A DNA stretch of 64,000 nt from Laetmonice hystrix (lineage: Eukaryota). Both the position numbers and the translations under genes were made by a program. The stretch is from the NCBI GenBank assembly GCA_965235115.1, contig OZ249437.1:35650001-35714000 (forward strand). The letters are read 5' to 3'. A model generated the notes under the pieces. The model ran no database searches. It had not been told where the DNA came from and was given only the letters and a program-made list of their open reading frames with translations. Positions 26,141-37,770 of the stretch are shown one piece after another; positions within the stretch are counted from its first letter, which is position 1, and every line of letters begins with the position of its first letter.

Positions 26141-27808
26141 AACTAGACCCCGTCGGAGTCACAGCCCCCAACTGAGTAGGAACAAATTTTCTGTGGGTCC
26201 AGGAACTATGTGTACTTTTGGCATGCTTGTTACCCCTCATGCTTTCTGTCAGCAAGAACGAAATCCAGAAAATGTCAGAGTTATTGCTTCGAATTTCTTT
26301 ATATCCAAGATGGCCACGAAGCAGCCATTTTTAATGATATTTTTGACCTGTGTCCTCCCTATAGACTGTCCCTGGTTATTAAGTAATCTTTCACGCAAGA
26401 TTAGATGCTGTTATCTTCAACTGGTTTGGAGGTACAGGCCATTAAAATATGCATGACCTTTCAAGGTCGCTCAAGGTCATGGAAAATGGCGCCAAATCAA
26501 ACTTCATATATGACTTCCTATCTGTCAATAATAGTAACTATTGCCTTATATTGCACCGTTTTCGAGATATGGTATTTCTCCAAATGTGTTTATATCCAAG
26601 ATGGCCACCACACGGCCATTTTGACTGATGTCAAAAATATCATTGACCTGCATCTTCAACTGTTTTGAAGATCCAGGCTATTGAAAAAATGCATGACCTT
26701 GATTGACCTTTCAAGGTCGCTCACGGTCATGAAAAATGGCGCCAAATGAAACTTCATAATTATATGACTTCCTAATCTATAAATAACACCTGACCTCAGA
26801 TGACCTTGAAATGTCAACCCAAGGTCAAATATAATGGTGTCAAAAGATTCCTCATATATGACTTCCTATTCGCTCCCCATAGTAACTTTACCCACACCTC
26901 GCCCCATTGTCAAGTTATACGCCACTAAAGTCTAATGACATTGCCAACAACACAAAAATGGCTGCCGATCGGCCATATTGGATCCGAACTGAAAACAAAA
27001 TGACGTGTATGTTTGCCCCATGAACCCCTATCATTGTGCCAAGTTTGAATGAAAATGGTATTCTTTTAACAGAGATATGCCTGTATATGTCTATTTTGCC
27101 AATATGGCTGTCGAGCGGCCATCTTGGACGCACTCTTCAAAATCTTGATCATGGTGAATTGTAATATAAGCCTCTCTTTGCATAATGCATCGTAGCACTA
27201 AAGGACTTGAAGAACACCATTTCTGACATAGTGATCTTTAATAAACACCTGACCTGAAATGACCTTGAAATGTCAACCCAAGGTCAAATATAATGGTGTC
27301 AAAAGATTCCTAATATATGACTTCCTATTCGCTCCCCATAGTAACTTTACCCACACCTCGCCCCATTGTCAAGTTATACGCCACTAAAGTCTAATGACAT
27401 TGCCAACAACACAAACATGGCTGCCGATCGGCCATATTGGATCCGAACTGAAAACAAAATGACGTGAATGTTTGCCCCATGAACCCCTATCGTTGTGCCA
27501 AGTTTGAATGAAAATGGTATTCTTTTAACAGAGATATCGCTGTAAATGTGTATTTCATCAATATGGCTGCCAGGCGGCCATCTTGGATCGTATCAAAAAA
27601 TCTTTTGACGTGCATCATGCCAGGATGGTACCTGATCTTGTGTTCAAATATGAAAATGATTGTTCCGCACGTTTCTGAGATATCGCTGTTCACGGACGGA
27701 CGGACGGACGTACGGACGGACGGACGGACGGACGGACGGACGGACGGACGGACGGACAGAGGGTGAATCATAAGCCCCCAAAACCCGATGGGTTTGGGGG
27801 CTAAAAAA
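26141..27808. mobile_element. Helentron-associated non-autonomous element (HINE/DINE-1/Pearl-like)
   Basis: Starts AACTAGA with subterminal AGCCCCCAA (26163). Internal tandem blocks of ~290 bp and 459 bp (26785 vs 27244) are rich in GACCTT/AAGGTC and CAAGATGGC/GCCATCTTG. (ACGG)n microsatellite at 27692-27757. Terminal hairpin AGCCCCCAAAACCC-GAT-GGGTTTGGGGGCT (27773-27802) followed by an A-run. Confidence 0.7.
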
Positions 27809-27938
27809 GAAGACCTCTCAATCCAAGTATAATGTTTACTACGTTTCATAAGGTGTACTATATCACTGGCGCAGACACGGGACACGCTGATTCACGTCTG
27901 CGTACCCACACGTATAGTTTATTCCTAACGAGTCACAC

Positions 27939-28766
27939 GTACAGACCACCTATACGCGGCGACAGTGGATCACACATAATAAAAGCCACCCTTCCCCACT
28001 CATACAGATGCACAGTACAGACCACCTATACGCGGCGACAGTGGATCACACATAATAAAAGCCACCCTTCCCCACTCATACAGATGCACAGTACAGACCA
28101 CCTATACGCAGCGGCTGTGGATCACACATAATAAAAGCCACCCTTCCCCACTCATACAGATGCACAGTACAGACCACCTATACGCGGCGGCTGTGGATCA
28201 CACATAATAAAAGCCACCCTTCCCCACTCATACAGATGCACAGTACAGACCACCTATACGCAGCGGCTGTGGATCACACATAATAAAAGCCACCCTTCCC
28301 CACTCATACAGATGCACAGGACAGACCACCTATACGCAGCGGCTGTGGATCACACATAATAAAAGCCACCCTTCCCCACTCAGACAGATGCACAGTACAG
28401 CCCACCTATTCGCACCGACAGTGGATCACACATAATAAAAGCCACCCTTCCCCACTCAGACAGATGCACAATACAGACCACCTATACGCAGCGGCTGTGG
28501 ATCACACATAATAAAAGCCACCCTTCCCCACTCAGACAGATGCACAGTACAGACCACCTATTCGCAGCGACAGTGGATCACACATAATAAAAGCCACCCT
28601 TCCCCACTCAGACAGATGCACAGTACAGACCACCTATTCGCAGCGACAGTGGATCACACATAATAAAAGCCACTCATACAGATGCACAGTACAGACCACC
28701 TATACGCAGCGGCTGTGGATCACACATAATAAAAGCCACCCTTCCCCACTCATACAGATGCACAGG
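27939..28766. repeat. Minisatellite, 76-bp unit, ~11 copies
   Basis: Unit ACAGACCACCTATACGCRGCGRCWGTGGATCACACATAATAAAAGCCACCCTTCCCCACTCAKACAGATGCACAGT. One copy near 28670 has a short deletion. Confidence 0.97.
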
Positions 28767-29413
28767 TAGTCATCGCATGACCTTGCCCCCTACATCTGCA
28801 CTGATCCTCGCTCAATGGCTTTTAAGAACATACTACAGCCGAAAACGAGCGGATAGCGACATGTCTATTTATTCTAAATTGGCAGTGGTTAGATGGAGAG
28901 TGACGACTCGGGAGGCGAGCGTGCACAGTGATAGCTATCGCTCAATGCGGGGAGTTTTCTACCATAGCGCTGTCACCGTCATCAAGCGCCAAACCCTACG
29001 TCCTAATTTGTCTCACTGCTTTGCCGACTTCGCCAACAGGAGCTGATGGCTATCATAACAGTTAAACATCGACTCCGGACGATGCTTGGAGTGACGAGAA
29101 AATATCGGCGCCGGTCGGCCTGAGTGGCGGGTTAACAATGGGCGGTGGTATAGACAAACCTGACGACATCTCCCGCCTAAATGGAATACACGTAATCCCT
29201 CCGTGGCCACATGTCGAACTTCCTTTCAGAATAAAATCCTTTATTTCAGTCAGCTCCATTACATACACTGAGGGCGTATCCTATACACGTAGTTGTCTTC
29301 ACACATTGTCACCAACAAACGTTTTTCAGAAATATTGCTTCACAACTAACGCTGTCGTTTCGACTACATGTATTTCAATACCGTCATTTGCATGAAGTCA
29401 CAATAACATACAA

Positions 29414-29511
29414 AAATCTTTTTCCATTCCTTTGGAAAGCAAACATTCTAGGAATAAGTCGAATCTTTTTCCATTCCTTTGGTAAGGAAACATTCTAGGA
29501 ATAAGTCGAAT
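29414..29511. repeat. Tandem duplication, 48 bp x2
   Basis: AATCTTTTTCCATTCCTTTGG..AAACATTCTAGGAATAAGTCG at 29414 and 29462. Confidence 0.9.
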
Positions 29512-30487
29512 TGCCCTCTGGCCTATGAAATGCCATATTAGACTGACATGATCACAGTAAGTGACTCTAGACAAAGTTTCAACAGGCCAGTAAAGGTAAG
29601 TACCACTCGACTCCCGATGTGTAGTATTTGTCCAGCACTTGTATCCTACTGAACGCATGTCTGGCTTCCATTATCCACCGATGACTGATGGACTGAAGAC
29701 ACGATTTGAACATTATACAATGAGACGCCGTCTTTACTTTGTTATAATTATCAGACCATAAATAGACTCAGAACTTAAGTCAGAGAAAAGGATGTTACAA
29801 GGACCCAAAGAACCGAAGGACTCTCAGGCAGTGACATCCTGTATGAACACTCCCATGATATAGCTGGACTGTTATTGAATTGCCCACAAGAATGCGTTCA
29901 GCTCATTCAAAAGGAGGACACAAGCCGCTAATAATCAACCTTAGCATCCGAGGCCCTCATAATGTGAGCAAGGCTTGGGTTTCATGCGTGGAATTCATCC
30001 CCTCTACAGTAACAGTGATCGTAAATCCAAGAAAGGAACATGGTTTTAATCCTATCAGATTTCCATACTCGTGATTCAGTAGATTACAGAACACCGATTA
30101 TCAACATTGAACAGTAATCCAAACGAAGCTACGTAGTGCTTAATCTTCATCTAATTCTCATACGGCTAAGCCCCCCCCCCCCCCCAAAAAAAAAAAAAAA
30201 GACGAAGGAAAACGCTTTTTCGTTGTAACCGTGGCTATTGGTAGTTATTAGTGAATTCTTTCACCAGGCCACTCTTTCCTGGAAACTATCCCGAAAACCT
30301 GCTCAGCGCAGGCGATATAAACTACCATGAGGTACATCAACGACCAGAAGTTGTCTCTGTTACCGATAATTGCCAACTCTATAATACAAATGTCAGGTGA
30401 CCCAATCTTTCCGCCCCCACCCCTAAACAGTCCGTTGATCCCTGTGATGGACAGGGTGATCGACAAGAGAAGATAACCTCAGTCTGA

Positions 30488-31381
30488 CATTCTACATGAC
30501 TATAACAATCCCACCATTCTATAACCACCATTCTACATGACTATAACAATCCCACCATTCTATAACCACCATTCTACATGACTATAACAATCCCACCATT
30601 CTATAACCACCATTCTACATGACTATAACAATCCCACCATTCTATAACCACCATTCTACGTGACTATAACAATCCCACCATTCTATAACCACCATTCTAC
30701 ATGACTATAACAATCCCACCATTCTATAACCACCATTCTACATGACTATAACAATCCCACCATTCTATAACCACCATTCTACATGACTATAACAATCCCA
30801 CCATTCTATAACCACCATTCTACGTGACTATAACAATCCCACCATTCTATAACCACCATTCTACGTGACTATAACAATCCCACCATTCTATAACCACCAT
30901 TCTACATGAATATAACAATCCCACCATTCTATAACCACCATTCTACATGACTATAACAATCCCACCATTCTATAACCACCATTCTACATGACTATAACAA
31001 TCCCACCATTCTATAACCACCATTCTACATGACTATAACAATCCCACCATTCTATAACCACCATTCTACGTGACTATAACAATCCCACCATTCTATAACC
31101 ACCATTCTACATGACTATAACAATCCCACCATTCTATAACCACCATTCTACATGACTATAACAATCCCACCATTCTATAACCACCATTCTACATGACTAT
31201 GACAATCTTACCATTCTATAACCACCATTCTACATGACTATAACAATCCCACCATTCTATAACCACCATTCTACATGACTATAACAATCCCACCATTCTA
31301 TAACCACCATTCTACGTGACTATAACAATCCCACCATTCTATAACCACCATTCTACATGACTATAACAATCCCACCATTCT
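30488..31381. repeat. Minisatellite, 41-bp unit, ~22 copies
   Basis: Unit ACCATTCTACATGACTATAACAATCCCACCATTCTATAACC, itself built from two ACCATTCTA(C/T)A sub-repeats. Almost G-free on the + strand. Confidence 0.98.
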
Positions 31382-33461
31382 GCTCCCACTGATATACGGC
31401 GCCAGTAAAGTCTCAATTAACCCTGCTCGACAGAGCTTAACACTGACGCTAAATAAGATACACAAGCTCAAGATGTGACAGTTAGGCTGAAACCGACGGA
31501 TGACTCCATTGGTCCGTCAGGTCAATGGGTCATAATTCCTGGTCAAAGATTACAGATGATGATTGGGATTGGAGCGGAACATCCTCTTTCTTTGAGATTA
31601 AAAGGGAAAAAAACGCGATCGAGATAAATGATATCAAGGTCATACGAGTGAACATATTCAGGTCAAGCCTGAACGTCCAGGGAACATAATCAGCTCGAGT
31701 TTGCAGGATCTGGATGTTTAACTTGCATTCGGGACCACAATGGTCTCCTCGGTACTATCCTACCTTACCGTCAATATCACACATAGTACCACCCCACACC
31801 AAAACCACAAGGGAATGCAACTTTCCTGTTTCCCTACACTAGAACAACCAAGAAAACATGCCTGAGGCCTAATGGGACATAGATTTCGGGGGCCTTCTAT
31901 TGTGGTCCTTGCCTGAGAATTTGCCTGCAGGACATTCGCAGAGAAACGCCGACCTTTCAAGCAGGATCGTGCAAAGAGGAGCACAGAACACCCTCTGGTG
32001 AATAATAAATAGCAAAGCTCATTATGCCGTCTTTTGCCATGGGCTAAGGCCGAGTTTGGTTGGATGGCGAGTGAATCGTACCAGAATAGTGCATTATCTG
32101 TACTCTCATCTCTACGCTTGCCCGCGCATTCAGTTCCGTCTGCCCGCAGGTTAGTACAGAATCGGTGTCACGGAATTCCACATGTTATGCATACAACATA
32201 TGACGGAGATACTGACGTAAGTGCCGTATCGTGTTCCCGAAGGAGTCTGTGCATCCATGCTTCCAGAAATGTTTTAGTGAAACTGGCTTCAGTAGGTGTG
32301 TGTGTGTGGGGGGGGGGGGGGGCTGCCGCAACTTACTCAAGGTTAGACCATGGCGCTGTTGCGGACCTAGTGGTGAGCTGGCCCGCGCAGCGCGCGGGCC
32401 AGTCCCATCACTAGGTCCGGGTGCTGGCCCTAGTGGTGCGCTGGCCCGCGTGTTGCGCACCACTAGGGCAGCCCTAGTGAAGGGAGGTGCGACTCCGCTC
32501 TAACTTGCCCATTCCAGTAAATATGTTTTAGCTGTATCTTCCCTAGCACTCATTAGGGGAAGCAAAGGTAATTGTACATATAGTTTGAACCTTCCAACAC
32601 GTTTAACTCCAATTTCAGTACCTCTTTTCCACATGCTTCATGTGTAAAGTCCTATGCAGCACCAGGGCCAGCCATCACTAGGGCCAGCACCTGGACCTAG
32701 TGGTGGGCTGGCCCTAGTGAAGGGAGAAGCGATCTTAAACATCCGGGATAAAAGGAATATATACCGTACTCGGAATATATACTGTACCGTATGCCTGCAC
32801 ATATTGTGTACATATTTCACGTATATCACTTCAATGATACTTGGCCTATACGTTACATGGACGGTACTACACGTTATATCGCCTCAACACACCGTAGCAT
32901 CCAAGTCATCAACCCCGCATACTTATGAAAGCACCGTATAGCACCGAAGTCAGTACCCCTGACTACTAATTTTACAAAATTAGTAGTCCTGGGGTAATGT
33001 GACATTAAATTATATATGTAATTCTAGTGATTTAGAGTTGCCAGATATCCTTATGTATTACCCGTGGCCCGATATTATATGTATCTCTGTTACATATATA
33101 ACCCGTTATACACCGTATAGCACCCAAGTTAGTATGCTACCCTGCCAGGGGCCGGTTTTTCAAAGGTCGATAATAACGACGTCGATAATTTAACATAGAA
33201 GTGAATGGTTGCTAGGTCGTTGTTTTCGACCTAGCAGCCAACAGAAAAAAAAAACAGAAAAGTATGGGCCTTGCCATTATTATATGCGTGTATCAGTTAG
33301 TAGAGAGCATATAAAGAGCTATGAATACACAAGCATTTATCTCTTCTTTTGTGATCGGTTGTGGCCCTGAAAAGGGCCGTTTGGGAAATTTTGGGTCCTG
33401 AAGCTCTAGTGGTCCTTGATGCACCCAGCGAATATAGAATTTATTCCATACTCCTATACCA

Positions 33462-34475
33462 CCTGATCATCAGGCGAGGAAGATGCTGTTGTCAAGGTGG
33501 TCGGTGGAGGATGGCGAGGAAGATGCTGTTGTCAAGGTGGTCGGTGGAGGATGGCGAGGCAGATGGTCAGGGTGGTCAGGTGACATGTGCGGGGACCCCG
33601 ACACATGCCAACTGATCACCAGGTGGAAGATGGCGAGGAAGATGCTGATGACAAGGTGGTCGATGGAGGATGGCGAGGAAGATGCTGTTGTCAAGGTGGT
33701 CGATGGAGGATGGCGAGGAAGATGCTGTTGTCAAGGTGGTCGATGGAAGATGGCGAGGCAGATGGTCAGGGTGGTCAGTTGATATGTGCGGGGACCCCGA
33801 CACATGCCAACTGATCACCAGGTGGAAGATGGCGAGGAAGATGCTGTTGTCAAGGTGGTCGATGGAGGATGGCAAGGAAGATGCTGATGTCAAGGTGGTC
33901 GATGGAGGATGGCAAGGAAGATGCTGTTGTCAAGGTGGTCGATGGAGGATGGCAAGGAAGATGCTGTTGTCAAGGTGGTCGATGGAGGATGGCGAGGAAG
34001 ATGCCGTTGGGCAGGGTGGTCAGTTGACATGTGCGGGGACCCCGACACATGCCAACTGATCACCAGGTAGAAGATGGCGAGGAAGATGCTGTTGTCAAGG
34101 TGGTCGATGGAGGATGGCGAGGAATATGCTGTTGTCAAGGTGGTCGATGGAGGATGACAAGGAATATGCTGTTGTCAAGGTGGTCGATGGAGGATGACAA
34201 GGAATATGCTGTTGTCAAGGTGGTCGATGGAGGATGGCGAGGAAGATGATGTTGTCAAGGTGGTCGATGGAGGATGGCGAGAAAGATGCTGTTGTCAAGG
34301 TGGTCGATGGAGGATGGCGAGGAAGATGATGTTGTCAAGGTGGTCGATGGAGGATGGCGAGGAAGATGATGTTGTCAAGGTGGTCGATGGAGGATGGCAA
34401 GGAAGATGCTGTTGTCAAGGTGGTCGATGGAGGATGGCGAGGTAGATGGTCAGGTTGGTCAGTTGACATGTGCGG
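33462..34475. repeat. Composite tandem array: 40-bp unit runs separated by a palindrome-bearing module
   Basis: Unit GATGGAGGATGGCGAGGAAGATGCTGTTGTCAAGGTGGTC in runs that lengthen left to right. Runs are separated by a module containing CATGTGCGGGG-A-CCCCG(A)CACATG at 33584, 33783 and 34028, with a degenerate copy near 34467. Confidence 0.95.
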
Positions 34476-34983
34476 ATTCATGACATGTCGATGACGATCT
34501 GATGAGGTAGACGTAACGTCACCTTTGCCGTGAGACTGCTCCATCATTATCAATGTGAATTGGTCAAGTAGAAATCGCGTTGAATGCAATAGTGTTTCGC
34601 TCAGAGTTGTTACAAGTAACAAGCTAGAGAGAATGTGGAAAGAACCCCTGGCTTCTGTCGCTTATATAGGCCTGGTTAGTGCATGACGCTGCCTGGAGGC
34701 CAGGGCAAAGGACACACGTAAAGTGGCTTCCGACGCCAAGGTGTGGGGTCTGGTAACGGGGAAGTCGTTCTTGCTACACCGCCGGCATTAGGCGCTATAT
34801 GTCTACATATATCTGTAGTGGCATCCTCAAAGAAATTAAACAACCATTCATATTTCTGCTAAGTGACAAAGTTCACACCCATGTCTCCAGCCGATGCCTG
34901 ACGTCTTTGAGGAAGCCACCAAATAAAATGACACCTTTGGCCGCCGCGCTTTGCAGTTGCCTAGCGAGTCATTTTCAAAGAAT

Positions 34984-35892
34984 GATATGACTTATTGAAG
35001 TGGCCTCTTTTTCTATAGCTCCATGATGTTAACCCGAACCCTGAAACCCGAACATTTATACTTCGCTATAAGTGCTACTAAAACGGACAGAAAATATAGG
35101 CCTATAGGCCTATACTGTAGACTATTCAACTATATAGGATCGACTTGACATCTGTTCAGCAATATGGAATATGCCTAGCCGGTATTCTTTTCGCTCGCGG
35201 TGGCAATAATGAATCAAGTCACATGGAAATTATTGCAAAAGAAACTAGACATATTTGGCCTTTGTTCAGCATGAAATTTAATAAATAGATTCAATGATTC
35301 TTTTTCGTACGACCATTTCAAATCACTAACAAAAATAGTATTAAAACCTGAAAGTTTGTGACTCTTCCACCTAGCAGCGCTTACCAAGCAAAATTTGTCG
35401 CGACGACATTATACAAAAAAGAACCAAGAATTATTCCCCACGTCAAAGGTCTCCGCCGATGTCTTTGTTTTAGCGAGACTCCTGATAGTTATGAATACAG
35501 CGAGCTTTGTTTGGTAATTTAATAGTTCTCAAAACTTTGATAATGACGTTAAATATCATGCACAATAGTCATGCCAGGTTGCAAACTATGCTCTGTCGGA
35601 TCAGGGTCATGCTGGCGCACACATACGGCACTCCACCTTCGGTGTCGTGCCGTATCCATGCGCCAGCATCTCGTTCCATACTTCGCGCTGTAAAGGCGCC
35701 TCGTCCCGTGTTTGTATATCCTAAGGGAGATGATAAGAATATGTGAAAAGTTTTCAGTGCAGTTTATGATATATTTAATGATATATGTTTTGATAAAGGG
35801 GCCAAATATTTGGAGCCTACTGTGTTTGTGAATGGAGAAAGGGTGGAGAAAGGGATATGAACTTATTGAAGTGGCCTCTTTTTCTACAGCTC
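34984..35892. repeat. Segment bracketed by 38/39-bp direct repeats
   Basis: GATATGA(A)CTTATTGAAGTGGCCTCTTTTTCTA(T/C)AGCTC at 34984-35021 and 35854-35892. Confidence 0.85.
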
Positions 35893-37149
35893 TTTGTTTG
35901 ACAAGGGGTATAAAAATCGGAGTGGCATGATATTGTTTGCATGTCTGCGTATACGAAATAGTGCATGTAGCTACACACTTCAGGGAAAGAACATAACTGT
36001 ATTTTTATATTTTGTTCATTTAGTCGCCCTTAAATCGACTCTCGCATTACTAGGGCCAGCGCGACTCTAGGGTCGATGCCTGGCCCGCGTGGTGCGCTGG
36101 CACTATATAGTAATGTGCGGGTCGGGACTTCGTATGTAGTTACCTAGGTATGTATCAGGTATTGTGAATCGGATATATTTGCGCGCCAGAGATGGTTCTG
36201 ACCAAGGCCCGTGGAGGGGCAGTCAGTATATTACGCTGCCTGGGACTTGACAGGAACCAATCATTTACAATAGTATAGAATGAATATTATGTCCTGAAAT
36301 GAAACAAAGGGGTATGTGTACGCCTATTATAAATAGGGGGGCCTAGGTCTATAGACATAAATAATTGTATCTGCATATCCTAGGTCTTAACGTAAAATAA
36401 AATTGTTCTGTTGGAATATTCGCTAGATTATAATTAAGGGCCGGCCCATGATTTCTAGGTGAATGGTGAAAGGCCGTGGTGGGATCCATCCAACACAGAT
36501 AGAGGTAAGGCTGGATCATTGCAGCAATGGTCCCGAGTACGGTATATATTCCTTTTATCCCGGATGTTTAAGATCGCTTCTCCCTTTACTAGGGCCAGCC
36601 CACCACTAGGTCCAGGTGCTGGGCCTAGTGATGGCTGGCCCTGGTGCTGCATAGAACTTTACACATGAAGCATGTGGAAAAGAGGTCCTGAAATTGGAGT
36701 TAAACGTGTTGGAAGGTTCAAACTATATGTACAATTACCTTTGCTTCCCCTAATGAGTGCTAGGGAAGATACAGCTAAAACATATTTACTGGAATGGGCA
36801 AGTTAGAGCGGAGTCGCACCTCCCTTCACTAGGGCTGCCCTAGTGGTGCGCAACACGCGGGCCAGCGCACCACTAGGGCCAGCACCCGGACCTAGTGATG
36901 GGACTGGCCCGCGCGCTGCGCGGGCCAGTCCCATCACTAGGTCCGCAACAGCGCCACCGACAGACACTCTGGGTACCTTGACTTCAGCTGGGAGCACGTG
37001 TCCATAAACCAAATGGTGCTTTTCGCGGATCGTGAAGCTATGAACAGTTACGAGTTTCTTTTCCGCGTATTTTGCGTGGTTTGCTTCTTCGGATATGAAA
37101 GAAAACATTTTCCACTTTGAAAAAGTCTTCATTTCAACAATATTAGTCG

Positions 37150-37770
37150 ATAGGATATTTGCCCTTGCAAACCAACAGTAATCTTTTCCATTTTCCAATT
37201 AAGAAAATCTGCTATCATTTTTCAATAAAAAGGACCTTGCATGTCCGGGGATTGATTCCTGGGACTCCCTGTGCAAAACTGAAATCTCTCAAATCTTTAC
37301 TACGGGTAACGCTGTACACGAGTCTCAGAGAAGGCGTTGTGGTGCTATATACTAGGGTATCTAAACAACCTTTCTCAATTCATATTTGTTACACTTACGC
37401 AAAGCCACTACCCAAAGAGCAATTTGGTAATTTTGCCAGGCACAACTTCCTCTAAGCCATATCCCGAGTGATTACTTAGCAGGAAAAAGCCAGTTACCTC
37501 CTCCACCGGACCCATTCTCCAGCAGATATCGGACGGGAAAAAACCTTAATCGTGCAACGACTGTCAATTGCGAGTAGCTCTGAATAATGGCAATTGAGCA
37601 TCCACTCTTGCCTACAAACTGGCCTTGATAGACAAATAAGTGGCCCTCGGCAATGGCTTATTTCGGTCCACACAGAGAAGTGCATTGAGATTACCTCCAA
37701 GAATAAAGGAATTGGCAGTAAACTGCATAATACGCGTGAAGCTCATGGGAGCATAATGTAATGATGGGAC
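37150..37770 (-). pseudogene. Decayed L1/Tx1-clade LINE ORF2 apurinic endonuclease region
   Basis: One minus frame gives, in the expected order and spacing, HYAP (cf. IYAPN), FILGGNLNALLCVDR (cf. ILGGDFNxxLxxxxDR), SDICWRM (cf. DIWR), FFLLSNHSGY (cf. FFSxxHxxY) and LQGQISY (cf. LRGQIISY). It has several in-frame stops. Confidence 0.5.

Larger units (their letters stand above)
32352..36955. mobile_element. 4.6-kb non-autonomous element with ~420-bp terminal inverted repeats and hairpin ends (superfamily unresolved)
   Basis: Left arm 32352-32773 is the reverse complement of right arm 36533-36955 with only a handful of differences. Termini are GGCGCTGTTGCGG / CCGCAACAGCGCC. Arms carry clustered CACTAGGGCCAGC / GCTGGCCCTAGTG motifs in alternating orientation. 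Flanks are AT on the left and AC on the right. No transposase recognised inside. Confidence 0.85.

Noticed and set aside
23733-34475. CRISPR-like appearance of the regular arrays (61-bp, 76-bp, 41-bp and the composite 40-bp array)
   Set aside because: There are no unique spacers (the intervening sequence is itself repeated), no cas genes, and the context is eukaryotic.
33470-34622. Cluster of overlapping ORFs with EDGEEDAVVKVV / RGRCCCQGG repeats
   Set aside because: The 40-bp unit is not a multiple of 3, so peptides rotate between frames. This is a repeat artefact.
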